Origin: an uncultured Iamiaceae bacterium
GTDB taxonomy: Bacteria; Actinomycetota; Acidimicrobiia; Acidimicrobiales; Iamiaceae
Assembly: GCA_963728655.1 (NCBI GenBank)
Contig: CAVSLD010000004.1
Location: 113,343 to 177,342, forward strand
Reading direction: 5' to 3'
Length of the DNA stretch: 64,000 nt
Shown here: positions 11,705 through 22,277 of the stretch, piece after piece
How the letters are laid out: each line of letters starts with the position of its first letter
How positions within the stretch are numbered: position 1 is the first letter of the stretch
Translations under genes and position numbers: made by a program
Notes under the pieces: generated by a model
What the model saw: only the letters and a program-made list of their open reading frames with translations
Told to the model about the DNA's origin: nothing
The model's database searches: none

Positions 11705-13068
11705 TGGCCGGGCCGGCCGTCGGCCAGCCGGGCTGACTCCTTGACGGCGCGGTGCACCCAGCACAGGTGGAAGAGCGGCGCCACCAGCTGGCGGTCGATC
11801 GCCAGGAGGCGGCAGTGGTGGTCCACCCACCCCGCGAAGGTGTCGGTGAGCGATGACCCCTGGACGAGGTGGCGCGCCAGCGAGCGTTCCCGGCCCCGCC
11901 CCCGGCGGCGGCCGCTGCGCACCGCGTAGGACCGCATGAGGTGGAAGAGGTCCCACAGCGGCGGACCGGTGGGGGCGGCCGACTCCCAGTCGAGGATGCG
12001 CACGACGCCGTCGACCACCAGCAGGTTCCACGTGCCCATGTCGCCGTGGAACATGACCGTGGGCACCACGGGCGCCGCCGCGACCACGTCGACCTGGGCC
12101 CGGAGCACCGCCTCGACCGCCGCCGAGGGCTGGACGCGGGCGGTGAAGCGGTCGACCAGCCCGCCCATGGCGGCGGCCAGGTCCACCCCTGGCACGGCCC
12201 CGCGGGTGGCCACCCCCACCGCGGCGACGGCCGCCACCGCGTCGGCGGCGTGGCCGCAGTCGGCGGTCAGGTGGCTGACCTCGAGGAAGGGCCGGCCCTC
12301 CAGGCCCTCCTCCACCACCGCGGCGAGGCCACCCACCCGCCCCGCACCGAGCACGGCGGGCACACGGCGCGCCGCCGCGGGTCCCGACGCCGCCACCTCG
12401 CGCAGCCGGCGGTCCTCGTTCTCGAGACGGCCGTTGAAGCGGGGGTGCTGGGTGACCTTGACGACCAGCCTTCGTCCTCCGCCGGGGCCGGGGCGGAGGT
12501 GGGCCACGGACTTCTGGGACGGGTAGGCCCCGGGGGTGGTGAGGCTCCACCTGCCGTCACCGCCCCACCCCGCCCGGACCCCCAGGGCCACGAGCCAGTC
12601 CGGGGGGCGCGCCGCCGGCCCGCGACGGCAGGCGACCACGCCGGTGGCGGTCGCCGGTGGTCGCGACCGGGGCAGGCGGTCCCAGCGGCGGACCGGGAAC
12701 CCGTGGGACCGCAGCAGGTGCTCGCGGCGCGGCGTCCGCCGCCCGGGGAGCCACAGCGAGCCCTGCGGACCGCAGCAGCGCGCCACCCAGCGCAGGGCCT
12801 CGCCGTCGACCGCCGCGGCCTCGTCGGGGCCGACCACGACGAGGTCGGCGGGCGAGGGCAGCCCACCGACCCGACCCACCCGTCGCACGCTGGCCCCGAG
12901 CTCGGTCAGCCACGCCTCCACGCCGGGCGCGACGGTGCCGACGACGAGGGCGCGCGCCGGGGCGGGGTCGTCGAGGAGCAGGTGCCACCGGGGCCGCACC
13001 GGGGATCCGGGCCGGTTGTCCGGGGCGTCGACAGGGGGGATCCACGTCCCGTCCACCGTGCAGTCCAC
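11632..13068 (-). CDS. Aminoglycoside-phosphotransferase / choline-kinase-fold kinase
   Basis: LVVKV, Brenner motif HGDMGTWN, ILDWE; start approximate. Confidence 0.8.
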   Translation of the reverse strand: MDCTVDGTWIPPVDAPDNRPGSPVRPRWHLLLDDPAPARALVVGTVAPGVEAWLTELGASVRRVGRVGGLPSPADLVVVGPDEAAAVDGEALRWVARCCGPQGSLWLPGRRTPRREHLLRSHGFPVRRWDRLPRSRPPATATGVVACRRGPAARPPDWLVALGVRAGWGGDGRWSLTTPGAYPSQKSVAHLRPGPGGGRRLVVKVTQHPRFNGRLENEDRRLREVAASGPAAARRVPAVLGAGRVGGLAAVVEEGLEGRPFLEVSHLTADCGHAADAVAAVAAVGVATRGAVPGVDLAAAMGGLVDRFTARVQPSAAVEAVLRAQVDVVAAAPVVPTVMFHGDMGTWNLLVVDGVVRILDWESAAPTGPPLWDLFHLMRSYAVRSGRRRGRGRERSLARHLVQGSSLTDTFAGWVDHHCRLLAIDRQLVAPLFHLCWVHRAVKESARLADGRPGHYGPLCVRLAEERGAPGVRRLLGT

Positions 13069-13073
13069 CTCGC

Positions 13074-15890
13074 TCAGGGGACGACGACGAGCTGGGGGGC
13101 GGGTCCGGCCTCGCGGCTGGCGAAGAGGCCGCTGTCGCTGGAGAGGCCGCTGAGGGCGAGCGACACCGCACCGTTGCCGGTCACCGCCGCCGTCACGTCG
13201 ACCTCGACCCAGGACCCCGACGACGCCGACGCGCTGATCTGGCCCAGCGGCGCGCCCACCGCCGGCGCGTTGGCCCACGTGATCGTGCCCTCACCCCACG
13301 ACGACCCGGTCCGGCTCACCACCCCACCGTCCCGGCTGGCATCGGTCACCCACAGCCGCAGGCGCGCCGACTGCGGCGCCCCCGACAGACCCGCCACCGC
13401 GAAGCGCACGTAGCTCACGTACTCGGGCGACCCCGTCCGGGTCCGCAGGTACGACTCGGTCCCGTAGTTCCTCGTCGCACTGGTCGACTTCACCACCGCG
13501 TCGGCCTCGGCCCCGAAGGTCACCGACGTCCCTGGAGGCGGCGGCGGCGGCGCGGCCGACACCGCGATCGTCCGCGTCGCGCTCGACGTCCCCCCCGGCC
13601 CCGTCACCGTCAACCGCGCCGTGAAGGACCCCGCCCCCGCGTACCGGTGGGTCACCGACGCCGCCGACGACGACGCCGACCCGTCCCCGAAGTCCCACAC
13701 CCGCGACGACACCGACCCCGACGACGTGTCCGCGAACGCCACGTCCAACGGCGCCGTCCCCGACACCGGCGACGCCGTGAACGACGCCACCGGCGCCCCC
13801 GGCGGAGGAGGCGGCGGCGGCGACCCGCCGGTCTCCACGACGAGCTGGGGGGCGGGTCCGGCCTCGCGGCTGGCGAAGAGGCCGCTGTCGCTGGAGAGGC
13901 CGCTGAGGGCGAGCGACACCGCACCGTTGCCGGTCACCGCCGCCGTCACGTCGACCTCGACCCAGGACCCCGACGACGCCGACGCGCTGATCTGGCCCAG
14001 CGGCGCGCCCACCGCCGGCGCGTTGGCCCACGTGATCGTGCCCTCACCCCACGACGACCCGGTCCGGCTCACCACCCCACCGTCCCGGCTGGCATCGGTC
14101 ACCCACAGCCGCAGGCGCGCCGACTGCGGCGCCCCCGACAGACCCGCCACCGCGAAGCGCACGTAGCTCACGTACTCGGGCGACCCCGTCCGGGTCCGCA
14201 GGTACGACTCGGTCCCGTAGTTCCTCGTCGCACTGGTCGACTTCACCACCGCGTCGGCCTCGGCCCCGAAGGTCACCGACGTCCCCGGAGGCGGCGGCGG
14301 CGGCGCGGCCGACACCGCGATCGTCCGCGTCGCGCTCGACGTCCCCCCCGGCCCCGTCACCGTCAACCGCGCCGTGAAGGACCCCGCCCCCGCGTACCGG
14401 TGGGTCACCGACGCCGCCGACGACGACGCCGACCCGTCCCCGAAGTCCCACACCCGCGACGACACCGACCCCGACGACGTGTCCGCGAACGCCACGTCCA
14501 ACGGCGCCGTCCCCGACACCGGCGACGCCGTGAACGACGCCACCGGCGCCCCCGGCGGAGGAGGCGGCGGCGGCGACCCGCCGCCCAGCGGGTCGAAGTG
14601 GGTCCAGTACTGGCGGGTGGAGTCGTTGGAGGCCAGCACCACCAGCCCGGTCGTGCTGTCGACCGACTGCTTGGTGGTGGTGGCGTTGTTGATGTCGCTG
14701 GAGCTGGCGTCGGTGAGGACGGGCGTGCCCTTGCCGGTCGGGAAGGTGAGGGCCCCGAGCGGGGCCGTCTTCTCGTAGATCGAGCCCCCGGACTGGCCCG
14801 AGGTGGCGAACATGTGGGCGACACCGGCCTGGCGGTCGACCGCGACCACGGGACGGGTGTGGCCGTCGCTGCCGGTGCCGAAGGTGTGGCTCGTCCAGGC
14901 GCCGGTGAGCGGGTTGCGGTCCAGCAGGTGCACCAGCGGGTTGCTGCCGCTCAGGCTGGTCTTCACCGCGGCGAGGATCCGGCCGTCCTGGTCGGCCACG
15001 CTGGCCAGGTTGATGTGGTCGTCGGCCGCACTGGGCCCCGTGTAGGCGACCTCCGGGGCGCTCCAGGTGCCTGCGGGGTCGCTGTCGGTGCGGTGGGCGA
15101 AGTACATCGTGTCGCGGTCCTGGTTGCTCCACATCACCCCGATCTGGTCCGGGCTGTAGGCGATGAGGCTGGAGATGTCGTCGCTGCTGACGGTGGTGCC
15201 GCCGGTGGGCACCACGAAGGGCGTCCCCCACGTCTGGCCGCCGACCGACGAGACGCTCACCATGACCTGCTTGTCCTGGGTCCACGTGGCCCAGAGGCGC
15301 CCGGTGCTGTCCTTGTCGATCACCAGGGTCTCGGTGCGGGCGTCGTTGATCACCACCGGGAACCCCGGGTCGAGCGTGTAGGTGTGGGTGGCGTGGCTGT
15401 AGCTGAGCCGGCGCAGCAGCGCGGGCTGGCCCGTGGCGGTCGTCGAGGACCCCTCGGCGAAGCGGTGGGTGGCCACGTAGAGCTTGCTCCCGTCCCACAG
15501 CACGTCGGCGCGGGCGCTGGTGCGGGTGTCGAGGGTGGTCGCGGTGGGCACCCAGGTCTCCGCGGCGGTGTCGAGCCAGTGGATGACGTGGTCCCCCGCG
15601 GCGGCGTCCCAGAGGTCGGCCCACCAGCGGCCGTCGTTGAACCACACCTTGCTCTCGGGCTTGGAGCCGCTGGGCGACCCCGAGTCGCCCGTGAACGACG
15701 GGCCCTCCCAGCCGATGTCACCGGGCTCGGCCGCGAGCGCGGGGTCCGCCGCGGCACCGGCCGCCGCCCCTGCGTCGAGGGCGGCGGCCGACACCGGACC
15801 GTGGCCCACCGGCACCAGCAGGCAGGCGAGGAGGGCGGCGAGGACGACCCGCCGTCGTCGGGGTGGGCGCGGTGTGCTCAGGACGGACAT
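13074..15890 (-). CDS. Secreted protein: Asp-box head domain + 2x (PKD + CBM96/DNRLRE-like)
   Basis: ATG 15890 with signal peptide; SKPESKVWFNDGRWWA head; PKD WDFGDG; AEADAVV...NYG...SYVRF...SARLRL...WGEGTITW...FASRE module, present twice. Confidence 0.85.
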   Translation of the reverse strand: MSVLSTPRPPRRRRVVLAALLACLLVPVGHGPVSAAALDAGAAAGAAADPALAAEPGDIGWEGPSFTGDSGSPSGSKPESKVWFNDGRWWADLWDAAAGDHVIHWLDTAAETWVPTATTLDTRTSARADVLWDGSKLYVATHRFAEGSSTTATGQPALLRRLSYSHATHTYTLDPGFPVVINDARTETLVIDKDSTGRLWATWTQDKQVMVSVSSVGGQTWGTPFVVPTGGTTVSSDDISSLIAYSPDQIGVMWSNQDRDTMYFAHRTDSDPAGTWSAPEVAYTGPSAADDHINLASVADQDGRILAAVKTSLSGSNPLVHLLDRNPLTGAWTSHTFGTGSDGHTRPVVAVDRQAGVAHMFATSGQSGGSIYEKTAPLGALTFPTGKGTPVLTDASSSDINNATTTKQSVDSTTGLVVLASNDSTRQYWTHFDPLGGGSPPPPPPPGAPVASFTASPVSGTAPLDVAFADTSSGSVSSRVWDFGDGSASSSAASVTHRYAGAGSFTARLTVTGPGGTSSATRTIAVSAAPPPPPPGTSVTFGAEADAVVKSTSATRNYGTESYLRTRTGSPEYVSYVRFAVAGLSGAPQSARLRLWVTDASRDGGVVSRTGSSWGEGTITWANAPAVGAPLGQISASASSGSWVEVDVTAAVTGNGAVSLALSGLSSDSGLFASREAGPAPQLVVETGGSPPPPPPPGAPVASFTASPVSGTAPLDVAFADTSSGSVSSRVWDFGDGSASSSAASVTHRYAGAGSFTARLTVTGPGGTSSATRTIAVSAAPPPPPPGTSVTFGAEADAVVKSTSATRNYGTESYLRTRTGSPEYVSYVRFAVAGLSGAPQSARLRLWVTDASRDGGVVSRTGSSWGEGTITWANAPAVGAPLGQISASASSGSWVEVDVTAAVTGNGAVSLALSGLSSDSGLFASREAGPAPQLVVVP
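13084..14583. repeat. Near-perfect intragenic tandem duplication, period 753 bp (13084-13830 and 13837-14583)
   Basis: Both copies compared directly; only one substitution noticed by eye (cctgg vs cccgg). Confidence 0.95.
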
Positions 15891-17441
15891 GGCAGTGCCC
15901 TCTCTCCGGGGGGACCCGGTGCGGGATCCGGTGCGGCCGGGGCGCGCACCGACCCCATGGCGGCCGCCAGGGCGGCGAGCAGCCAGAAGTAGCGGACGTA
16001 GGCGAGGTGCAGGAACAGCCCGGTGGTCAGGTAGACGACCACGGCGAGGGCGTAGCCGGTCGCCAGGCCGGCCACGTCCGGGCGTCGGGCCCGGTGGGCC
16101 CGGCGGGTGGCGGCCAGGGGGCCGAGGATGCTGGCCACCACGCCGGCGAAGGCCACCAGGCCGAGGACGCCCGACTCGGCGGCCAGCCCGAGGTAGAGGT
16201 TGTGGGCCTCGCGGTCGACCCCCACGATGCGCGCCGGCGCCCTGGCGGCGGGCCTCGTCCTGGAAGTAGGAGGGGAACAGGCCCGGCCCCACACCCACCA
16301 CCGGGTGCTGGGCGAACACCGCCAGGGCGGCCTTGGCCTCCGTGGCCCGGTTGGTGAACGAGCCGTCGGGGCCCGGGGCGGCCATGGGGTCCAGCTCGGC
16401 GGCGGGGTCCCCGGTCGACCCGCCGGCGGTGACCACCGTCGAGGTGCGGGAGACGTAGAGGGGGGCGAAGCCGACCAGCCCCACCACCGCGAGGGCGGCG
16501 ACGACCAGCGCGGCGCGGCGCGGCACCCACCGCAGCGCCACCGCCACCAGGCCGGCGAGGAGCAGACCGACGGCGGCCCCCCGGGAGTAGGTCAGCACGA
16601 TGCCGGTGGCGATGCCGACGATGCCGACCGCCCCCACGAGTCGGCCCCCGACGGTCCGGTCCGTGGCCGCGAGGGCGATGGCCAGGGGCAGGACCACGGC
16701 CAGGGTCTGGGCCCAGCGGTTCTGCTCGCCGATGGGCCCGGCGTGGCGGGCCTCGCCCTGCCCGGTCACGTCGTCGCGGCCGACCACGGCCTGGCTCACC
16801 TGGGCGAAGCCGAGGTGGTCGTCGTCCTCGGTGCCGGTGAGCATCTGCACGAGCGAGAGCGCGCTCAGCAGGGTCGCCAGCACCACGAGGACGAGCGCGG
16901 CCTGGCGGAGCATGCGGGCCCCCTCGGCGGCCACCGCGACCAGGAGGAAGAGGGCCAGTCCCTCGGTGGCGAAGGTGGCCACCGTCGCGAGGGAGGTCTC
17001 GGGGTCGCGGCTGGCGAGGGCGCCGACGACCTGGACCAGCAGCAGGGCGACCACCCACGGGGTGGCGACGGGCAGGACCAGCGGCTGGCCGCGGACGATG
17101 GTGCGGTGGGCCACCGTGACCGCCAGGAGCAGCGGGATGACCCCGGCGGCGATGCCCGGCACGCCGTGCTGGGTCGTGACGACCACGACGGCGTTGGAGT
17201 AGAGGAGGGCGACGGCCAGCAGCGTCGCCAGTGGGGGCCGGTCGGCGATCAGGAGCCCCACCAGCACGGCGCCGAGGCCGAGGACCAGGAGGGGCCGCCC
17301 CACCGCGGCGGCGCCGAGGGCGCCGGCCACCGCCACCACGACCGCGGCGGCGAGGACCCGGCGCGACGTCCCCGGCGCCGACGACGCCGCCGGCGGCGCG
17401 GGCCGGGCGGCCGGCCGCGTCGCACCGGTCGGCGCCGTCAC
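15878..17441 (-). CDS. O-antigen ligase / Wzy-type polymerase family protein (frameshift near 16235)
   Basis: Multi-TM; GPIGEQN, LTYSRGA, GVGPGLF, then AHNLYLGLAAESGVLG in the next frame; GTG overlaps the upstream TGA. Confidence 0.85.
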
Positions 17442-18619
17442 CGTGCCGCCTCGGGGTCGCGGGGGGTCGGGCCCTCGGTCCGGCGTGGGTCCCAGCGGTC
17501 GATGCGGCGGCCCCGCAGCAGGTTGGTGGCGGCGACCAGCCCGGCCCCGTTCACCAGGCAGAAGTACCCCGCCAACCCGCAGGGCCGGGTCCGTCCGAGA
17601 CGGCTTCGGGGTGCGACCAGCCCGACCAGGGCCGGTCCGTACAGGGCGGCCTGGGCCACCGTGGCGACCCGGTAGGCGCGCCCCCTCCGCCAGCAGAGCG
17701 GGGCGGCGACGGCCAGGGCGAGGAGGGGGACGCCCATCAGGCGCCGCAGGACCTTGTGGTGCAGCAGCTGCACGGCGTAGAAGCCGTGGCGTCGGGGGTC
17801 GAGGAGGGCTCGGCGCAGGGCGACGGCCTGCAGGCCGCGGGTCATCACCCGGACCTTGCGCGACGCCTCGTCCCGGGTGGACCCCGCCACCGGCTCCCAC
17901 ACGACCGCGTCGGGCGCGAAGACCAGCCGGGCCCCCTGGGCGATGACGCCCGTCGAGGTGGTGAAGTCGTCGGTCACGCCGGAGGGCACCGTCTCGACCA
18001 GCTCGCGCCGGACGGCGTACAGGGCGCCGGTCGCGCTGATGACGTTGCCGCCCCGGCTCTCGGCCGCCTTCAGGGCGCGGTCGAGGTCCCAGTAGCGCCG
18101 CTCGCCGGTGGCGGTGCCGTCGGCGTCGACGCCGTCGGGTGGCAGGTAGCGCTGGTCGCCGGCGACGCCGCCGACCTGGGGGTCGGCGAAGGGGCGGACG
18201 AGGGTGGCGACGGTGGCGGGGGTGAAGAGGCTGTTGGCGTCGGTGAAGACCACGACCTCGCCGGAGGCGACGGCCAGGGCGGCGTTGAGGGCCTCGGCCT
18301 TGCCCACCTGGCCCAGCTCGAGGAGGTGGGCCTCCGGGGCCTCGGCCCGGACCACCGCCGCCGTCGCGTCGCGGGATCCGTCCGAGGCCACGACGACCTC
18401 GAGGCGGTCCGGGGGGTAGTCGCTGGCGAGCACCGTGCGCAGCTTGGGCCCGATCACCGCCTCCTCGTCGCGGGCGGCCACGACGACCGACACGGTGGGC
18501 ACCACCGGGCCCTCGCGGTGGGGTCGGGGACGGAGGCGGGCCCGGGTCAGCACCGCCGCGGGGAAGACGAGGTAGGTCTCCACCAGGCCGGCCACCGCGA
18601 GCCAGAAGACCGCGATCAC
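17438..18619 (-). CDS. GT2 family glycosyltransferase
   Basis: SVVVAARDE, SDGSRD, GKAEALN, FTDANS, TDDF; N- and C-terminal TM helices. Confidence 0.9.
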   Translation of the reverse strand: MIAVFWLAVAGLVETYLVFPAAVLTRARLRPRPHREGPVVPTVSVVVAARDEEAVIGPKLRTVLASDYPPDRLEVVVASDGSRDATAAVVRAEAPEAHLLELGQVGKAEALNAALAVASGEVVVFTDANSLFTPATVATLVRPFADPQVGGVAGDQRYLPPDGVDADGTATGERRYWDLDRALKAAESRGGNVISATGALYAVRRELVETVPSGVTDDFTTSTGVIAQGARLVFAPDAVVWEPVAGSTRDEASRKVRVMTRGLQAVALRRALLDPRRHGFYAVQLLHHKVLRRLMGVPLLALAVAAPLCWRRGRAYRVATVAQAALYGPALVGLVAPRSRLGRTRPCGLAGYFCLVNGAGLVAATNLLRGRRIDRWDPRRTEGPTPRDPEAAR

Positions 18620-19902
18620 GACGACGCCGTCCCGGCGAAGAGGTCCACCAGACGGGCGGCGGACCGGTCGAGGTCGAAGTCGGCGGCCACCAGGTCGGCC
18701 GCGGCCCGGGCCAGGCGCGCCGCCTCGTCGGGGTCGCGCGCCAGGCGCTCGAGGGCCGCGGCCACGCCGCCGGCGTCGCCCGGCTCGACCAGGAGGCCGG
18801 TGGTGCCGTCGCGGACGACCTCGGGGATCCCCGACAGGCGGCTCGCCACCACCGGCACGCCCGAGGCCATCGCCTCCAGGACCACCACGGGGATGCCCTC
18901 CCGGCGACCGTCGGCCGTCGGGACGCTGGGGGCCACCAGCACGTCGGCCTCGGCCAGGGCCCGCTGCACCTCGGCCCGCACGACCCGGCCGGTGCAGGTG
19001 ACGCGCCCCTCGAGGCCGGCCGCGGCGACCTGCGCCTCCAGCTCGGACCGGTCCGGACCGTCGCCCACCAGGGTGCAGCGCACGTCGCGACCCGCGGCCA
19101 CGAGGCGGCGACAGGCCTCGATCAGCACCGCCTGGCCCTTGACCTCGTGCAACGTCCCGATGCAGCAGACCCGGAGCGGGGCCCCCGGTGCCCGCGCCGG
19201 CGGCGTCCGGGGCCGGAACCGGCGGTGGTCGATGCCGCAGTGCACGACCCGCACGCGGTCGCCCGCCCCGGCGCAGCCGTCGGTCGCCAGGATGACGTCG
19301 CGGTTGAACTCGGAGATGGCCACCACGAAGGCGGCGGCCCGCACCTTGGTCGCCAGCATGTGGCGGTCGCGGTGGAGGTCGGAGCCGTGGGCGGTGAAGC
19401 TGAACGGGATGCCCGTCAGCCGGTGCACCACCCACCCGACCGCGGCCGGGTGGGTCGCGAAGTGGCAGTGGACGTGGTCCACCCCGTCGGCCCGCAGACG
19501 ACGGGCCAGGTCCACCGCGAACGGGAACGACGCGACCGCCCCCACCAGCAGGCGGCGGCTGCCCCAGGTCTGGCGCACCACGGTGGCGGCCGCGCCGGCC
19601 ACCGCGGCTGGTCGCGCCGCCGCCTCGCGGACCGCCGCCGCCAGCACGCGGGGCGACCCCAGGCGACGGTGGCGCACGAGGGGCGCGAGGGCCGCGGCGT
19701 CCGGCTGGACGAGCGCGGACCGCTCGCGGTGCAGCGGGTGGACCTCGACCGCGGCGCCGGCCCGGACCACCGCCGCCACCTCGTCGACCACGAAGGTCTC
19801 GGTGAGGCGCGGGAACCGGGAGGTGACGTAGGCGACGCGCACCGGGGCACGGTCGGTGCCGGCCGCGTCCGGGACCGACGCCGGGGCGCGGACCGCCGTC
19901 AC
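18616..19902 (-). CDS. GT4 family glycosyltransferase (WcaL-like)
   Basis: AYVTSRFPRLTETF, HCHFA, TAHGSD, EGIPVVVLEAMA; own GGAGG RBS and GTG at 19902. Confidence 0.88.
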   Translation of the reverse strand: MTAVRAPASVPDAAGTDRAPVRVAYVTSRFPRLTETFVVDEVAAVVRAGAAVEVHPLHRERSALVQPDAAALAPLVRHRRLGSPRVLAAAVREAAARPAAVAGAAATVVRQTWGSRRLLVGAVASFPFAVDLARRLRADGVDHVHCHFATHPAAVGWVVHRLTGIPFSFTAHGSDLHRDRHMLATKVRAAAFVVAISEFNRDVILATDGCAGAGDRVRVVHCGIDHRRFRPRTPPARAPGAPLRVCCIGTLHEVKGQAVLIEACRRLVAAGRDVRCTLVGDGPDRSELEAQVAAAGLEGRVTCTGRVVRAEVQRALAEADVLVAPSVPTADGRREGIPVVVLEAMASGVPVVASRLSGIPEVVRDGTTGLLVEPGDAGGVAAALERLARDPDEAARLARAAADLVAADFDLDRSAARLVDLFAGTASS

Positions 19903-21225
19903 CCGTCCGCCCCCTCCGCCGGGACCCGGGCCGGCCGGCTGCCGTTGCGCCCGGCCGGGGCGGGGCGCGGCCGCCGACGCTCCGACGCCGCCTTCGCGGA
20001 CGGGGCGGACGACGCCGGGGCGCGGGGCCGGTACCGGCGTGGGCTCGGCCTCGGGGTCGGGGGCGTCGCCCGACCCCTCGTCGGCGGCGGGGCCCGATCC
20101 TCCGTCGTGGAGGATCGCGAAGGCGAGCGTGGCCCGGGCGGCGCGGAGGTTGGCCGCGGCGTCGCGCACCTGGGCCCGACGGGCCTGGAAGCGACGCACC
20201 CCGAGCAGGGTCACGTCGGCGACCCGGGCCCACACCAGCGTGCCGGTGCTGCTGACCGGCGAGGGGGCGATCACGACCACGAGGTGGCGCTCGCCGGCGA
20301 TGGCGTCGATGGTGGCGCGGGCCTGGGCCTCGGTGATGGCCTCGCGGCGCGGGGCGTCGGCCGCCGCCCGATCGCCCCACACCGTGACCAGGTCGGCCCG
20401 GCCGTCGAGGACGGTCACGCCCTCGCGCCGGTCGGCCCACCGCCGGGCCAGGTCGAGGGCGAGGCCGACCGTGCCGTCGTCCTCGGAGGCTCCGGTGACC
20501 ACCACGCACCGGGCCCCGGGCGCGGCCAGCTCCACCTGGGTCGCGACCACGTCGAGGGCGTCGGCCCGTCGCCCCTCCCGCAGGCGCAGGTGCGAGCGGC
20601 GCCGGACGGTCAGGGTGGGGACCTCCGCCGCCTCGGTCACCTTCACGGCCGTCTCGGCCATGTCACCCGCGAACTCGAAGACCAGCACGAGGGTGGCCGA
20701 CCCCAGCAGCCCGGCGAGGGCGGCCAGGGGGACGACCAGGTCGGTGCGGGGGCTGATGGGCGACGACGGGGGCGTGGCCGGGTCGATGACCCGGAGCTGG
20801 CCCTCGGGTCGCAGCGCGTCCTGGCGCCCCAGGTCGACCAGCCCGACGGCGACCCCGTTGGCCACGTCGGCGGCCGACTCCGGGTCCTCGGCCCGGGCCC
20901 GCACCGTGAGGAAGCGGGTGGTGCCGTTGGCCGTCGCCCGCACCCCGTCGGTGAGCTCGGCGCGGGACACGCCGGTGGTCTCGGCCACGTCGTCGAGCAC
21001 GGCGTCGGTCGTGGCCAGCTCGGCGTAGGTCTGCGAGAGCGCGCTCGAGGCGCGCATGGTGTCGTTGTCGGTGTTGAGGGGGCCGACCAGGACCATGGCC
21101 GACGCCTCGTAGGTCTCGTCCGCGGTGGCGGCCAGGCGCCACCCCACGAGGGTGGCCATGCCGGTGGCGATCAGGACGACCACCAACCAACGACGCAGGA
21201 CGGGCAGCAACCCGGTCAGCTCCAC
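19899..21225 (-). CDS. Wzz/Wzc-type polysaccharide co-polymerase with degenerate BY-kinase-like domain (probable frameshift near 20020)
   Basis: N-terminal TM + YEASAMVLV, IDPATPPSSPISPR + TM, C-terminal CpsD-like fold lacking the Walker A lysine; +1 frame ends in TGA overlapping the GT4 GTG. Confidence 0.75.
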
Positions 21226-22277
21226 GATCGACCTCCGTGCGCCGCTCGGTGGCCGGGGGCGCGGGTGCGCACCCGGGCGGCGCCGGCGCGCGCCGCGTGG
21301 ACTTCAGGGCTCAGCTGGATCCGGACCAGCCCGGTGGACGCCTGCGGCCCCACGTTGATGCGGCGCAGGTCCTCCCAGTCCGGGCGGTCGCCGCGGTTGA
21401 CCCCGCGGGCGGTGGTCATCACGAGGGGGAGCCCGGCCCGGCGGGTGGCGGCGCGGACGGCGTCGTCGCAGCCGCCGCCGGGCGGGGCGAACGCCCGGTG
21501 GGCCAGCGGGCCGACGGCGGCCCGGAGGGCGTCCCAGGAGCCCGCGACCTCGTCGTCCAGGCGGTCGGCCCCGACCCGGTCGAGGCGGGGGTGGCTCCGG
21601 GAGTGCGGCGCCAGGGCCAGGCCCTCGGCCCCCATGCGGCGCAGCGCCGCCCACGAGGACGTCGCGGGCCGGGCCGGGCGCACCTCGGCCGCCGCGACCA
21701 CGGCGTCGACGAGGGCCATCCCGCTGTCGTGGTCGCGGGCCACGACCTCGCGCCGCAGGGCGGCGAACGCCGCGGCGCGGGCGACGGGGCCGTCGGTGGC
21801 CCACGCCCGGTCGCCGACCCGCACCGCGGGGTGGCGGGTGGCGCGCAGGGCGTGGTGCAGGCGGTCCCACCAGAAGGTGAGGTCCGAGCCGGGGTGGTCG
21901 GTGGGCACGAAGAGGGTGGCGGGGACGCCGGCGGCGCGCAGGGTCGGCCAGGCGTGCTCCTCCACGCAGGCGTAGGCGTCGTCGATCGTGATGTGGACGG
22001 CCCGGGCCGGGAGCGGCGGCCCCCCGGTCCGGGCCGCCTCGATGTCGGCCAGGGAGACGGGGTGGGCGCGCTCGGCGACCAGCCGGACCTGGTCGGCGAA
22101 GGCCTCCGGATCGACCCGCAGGCCGGGGTGGAGGTCGGGGCGCTCGTCGGCCGGCGCGACCCGGTGGTAGGTGAGCAGGGCCAGCGACGGCCGGCGCCGG
22201 GGCAGGTGCTCCAGCGCGGCGGCGACGCCACGGACCACCGGTGCCGCCGGCCGGGAGGCGAGGAGGGTGTCAGCCAC
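21216..22277 (-). CDS. Polysaccharide deacetylase (CE4/NodB type)
   Basis: LTYHRV, ITIDDAY, ATLFVPT, FWWDRL, HSRSHP. Confidence 0.88.
   Translation of the reverse strand: MADTLLASRPAAPVVRGVAAALEHLPRRRPSLALLTYHRVAPADERPDLHPGLRVDPEAFADQVRLVAERAHPVSLADIEAARTGGPPLPARAVHITIDDAYACVEEHAWPTLRAAGVPATLFVPTDHPGSDLTFWWDRLHHALRATRHPAVRVGDRAWATDGPVARAAAFAALRREVVARDHDSGMALVDAVVAAAEVRPARPATSSWAALRRMGAEGLALAPHSRSHPRLDRVGADRLDDEVAGSWDALRAAVGPLAHRAFAPPGGGCDDAVRAATRRAGLPLVMTTARGVNRGDRPDWEDLRRINVGPQASTGLVRIQLSPEVHAARAGAARVRTRAPGHRAAHGGRSWS

Noticed and set aside
13074-17900. 1608-aa ORF fusing an O-antigen ligase to the PKD/CBM96 protein
   Set aside because: A one-base shift near 16235 moves the ligase C-terminus (AHNLYL) to another frame. 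The downstream protein has its own RBS, ATG (15890) and signal peptide.
18616-21225. 869-aa Wzz-GT4 fusion
   Set aside because: The GT4 has its own GGAGG and GTGA overlap at 19902. The +1 frame of the linker has better GC3 and ends at that TGA, so a frameshift artefact is more likely.
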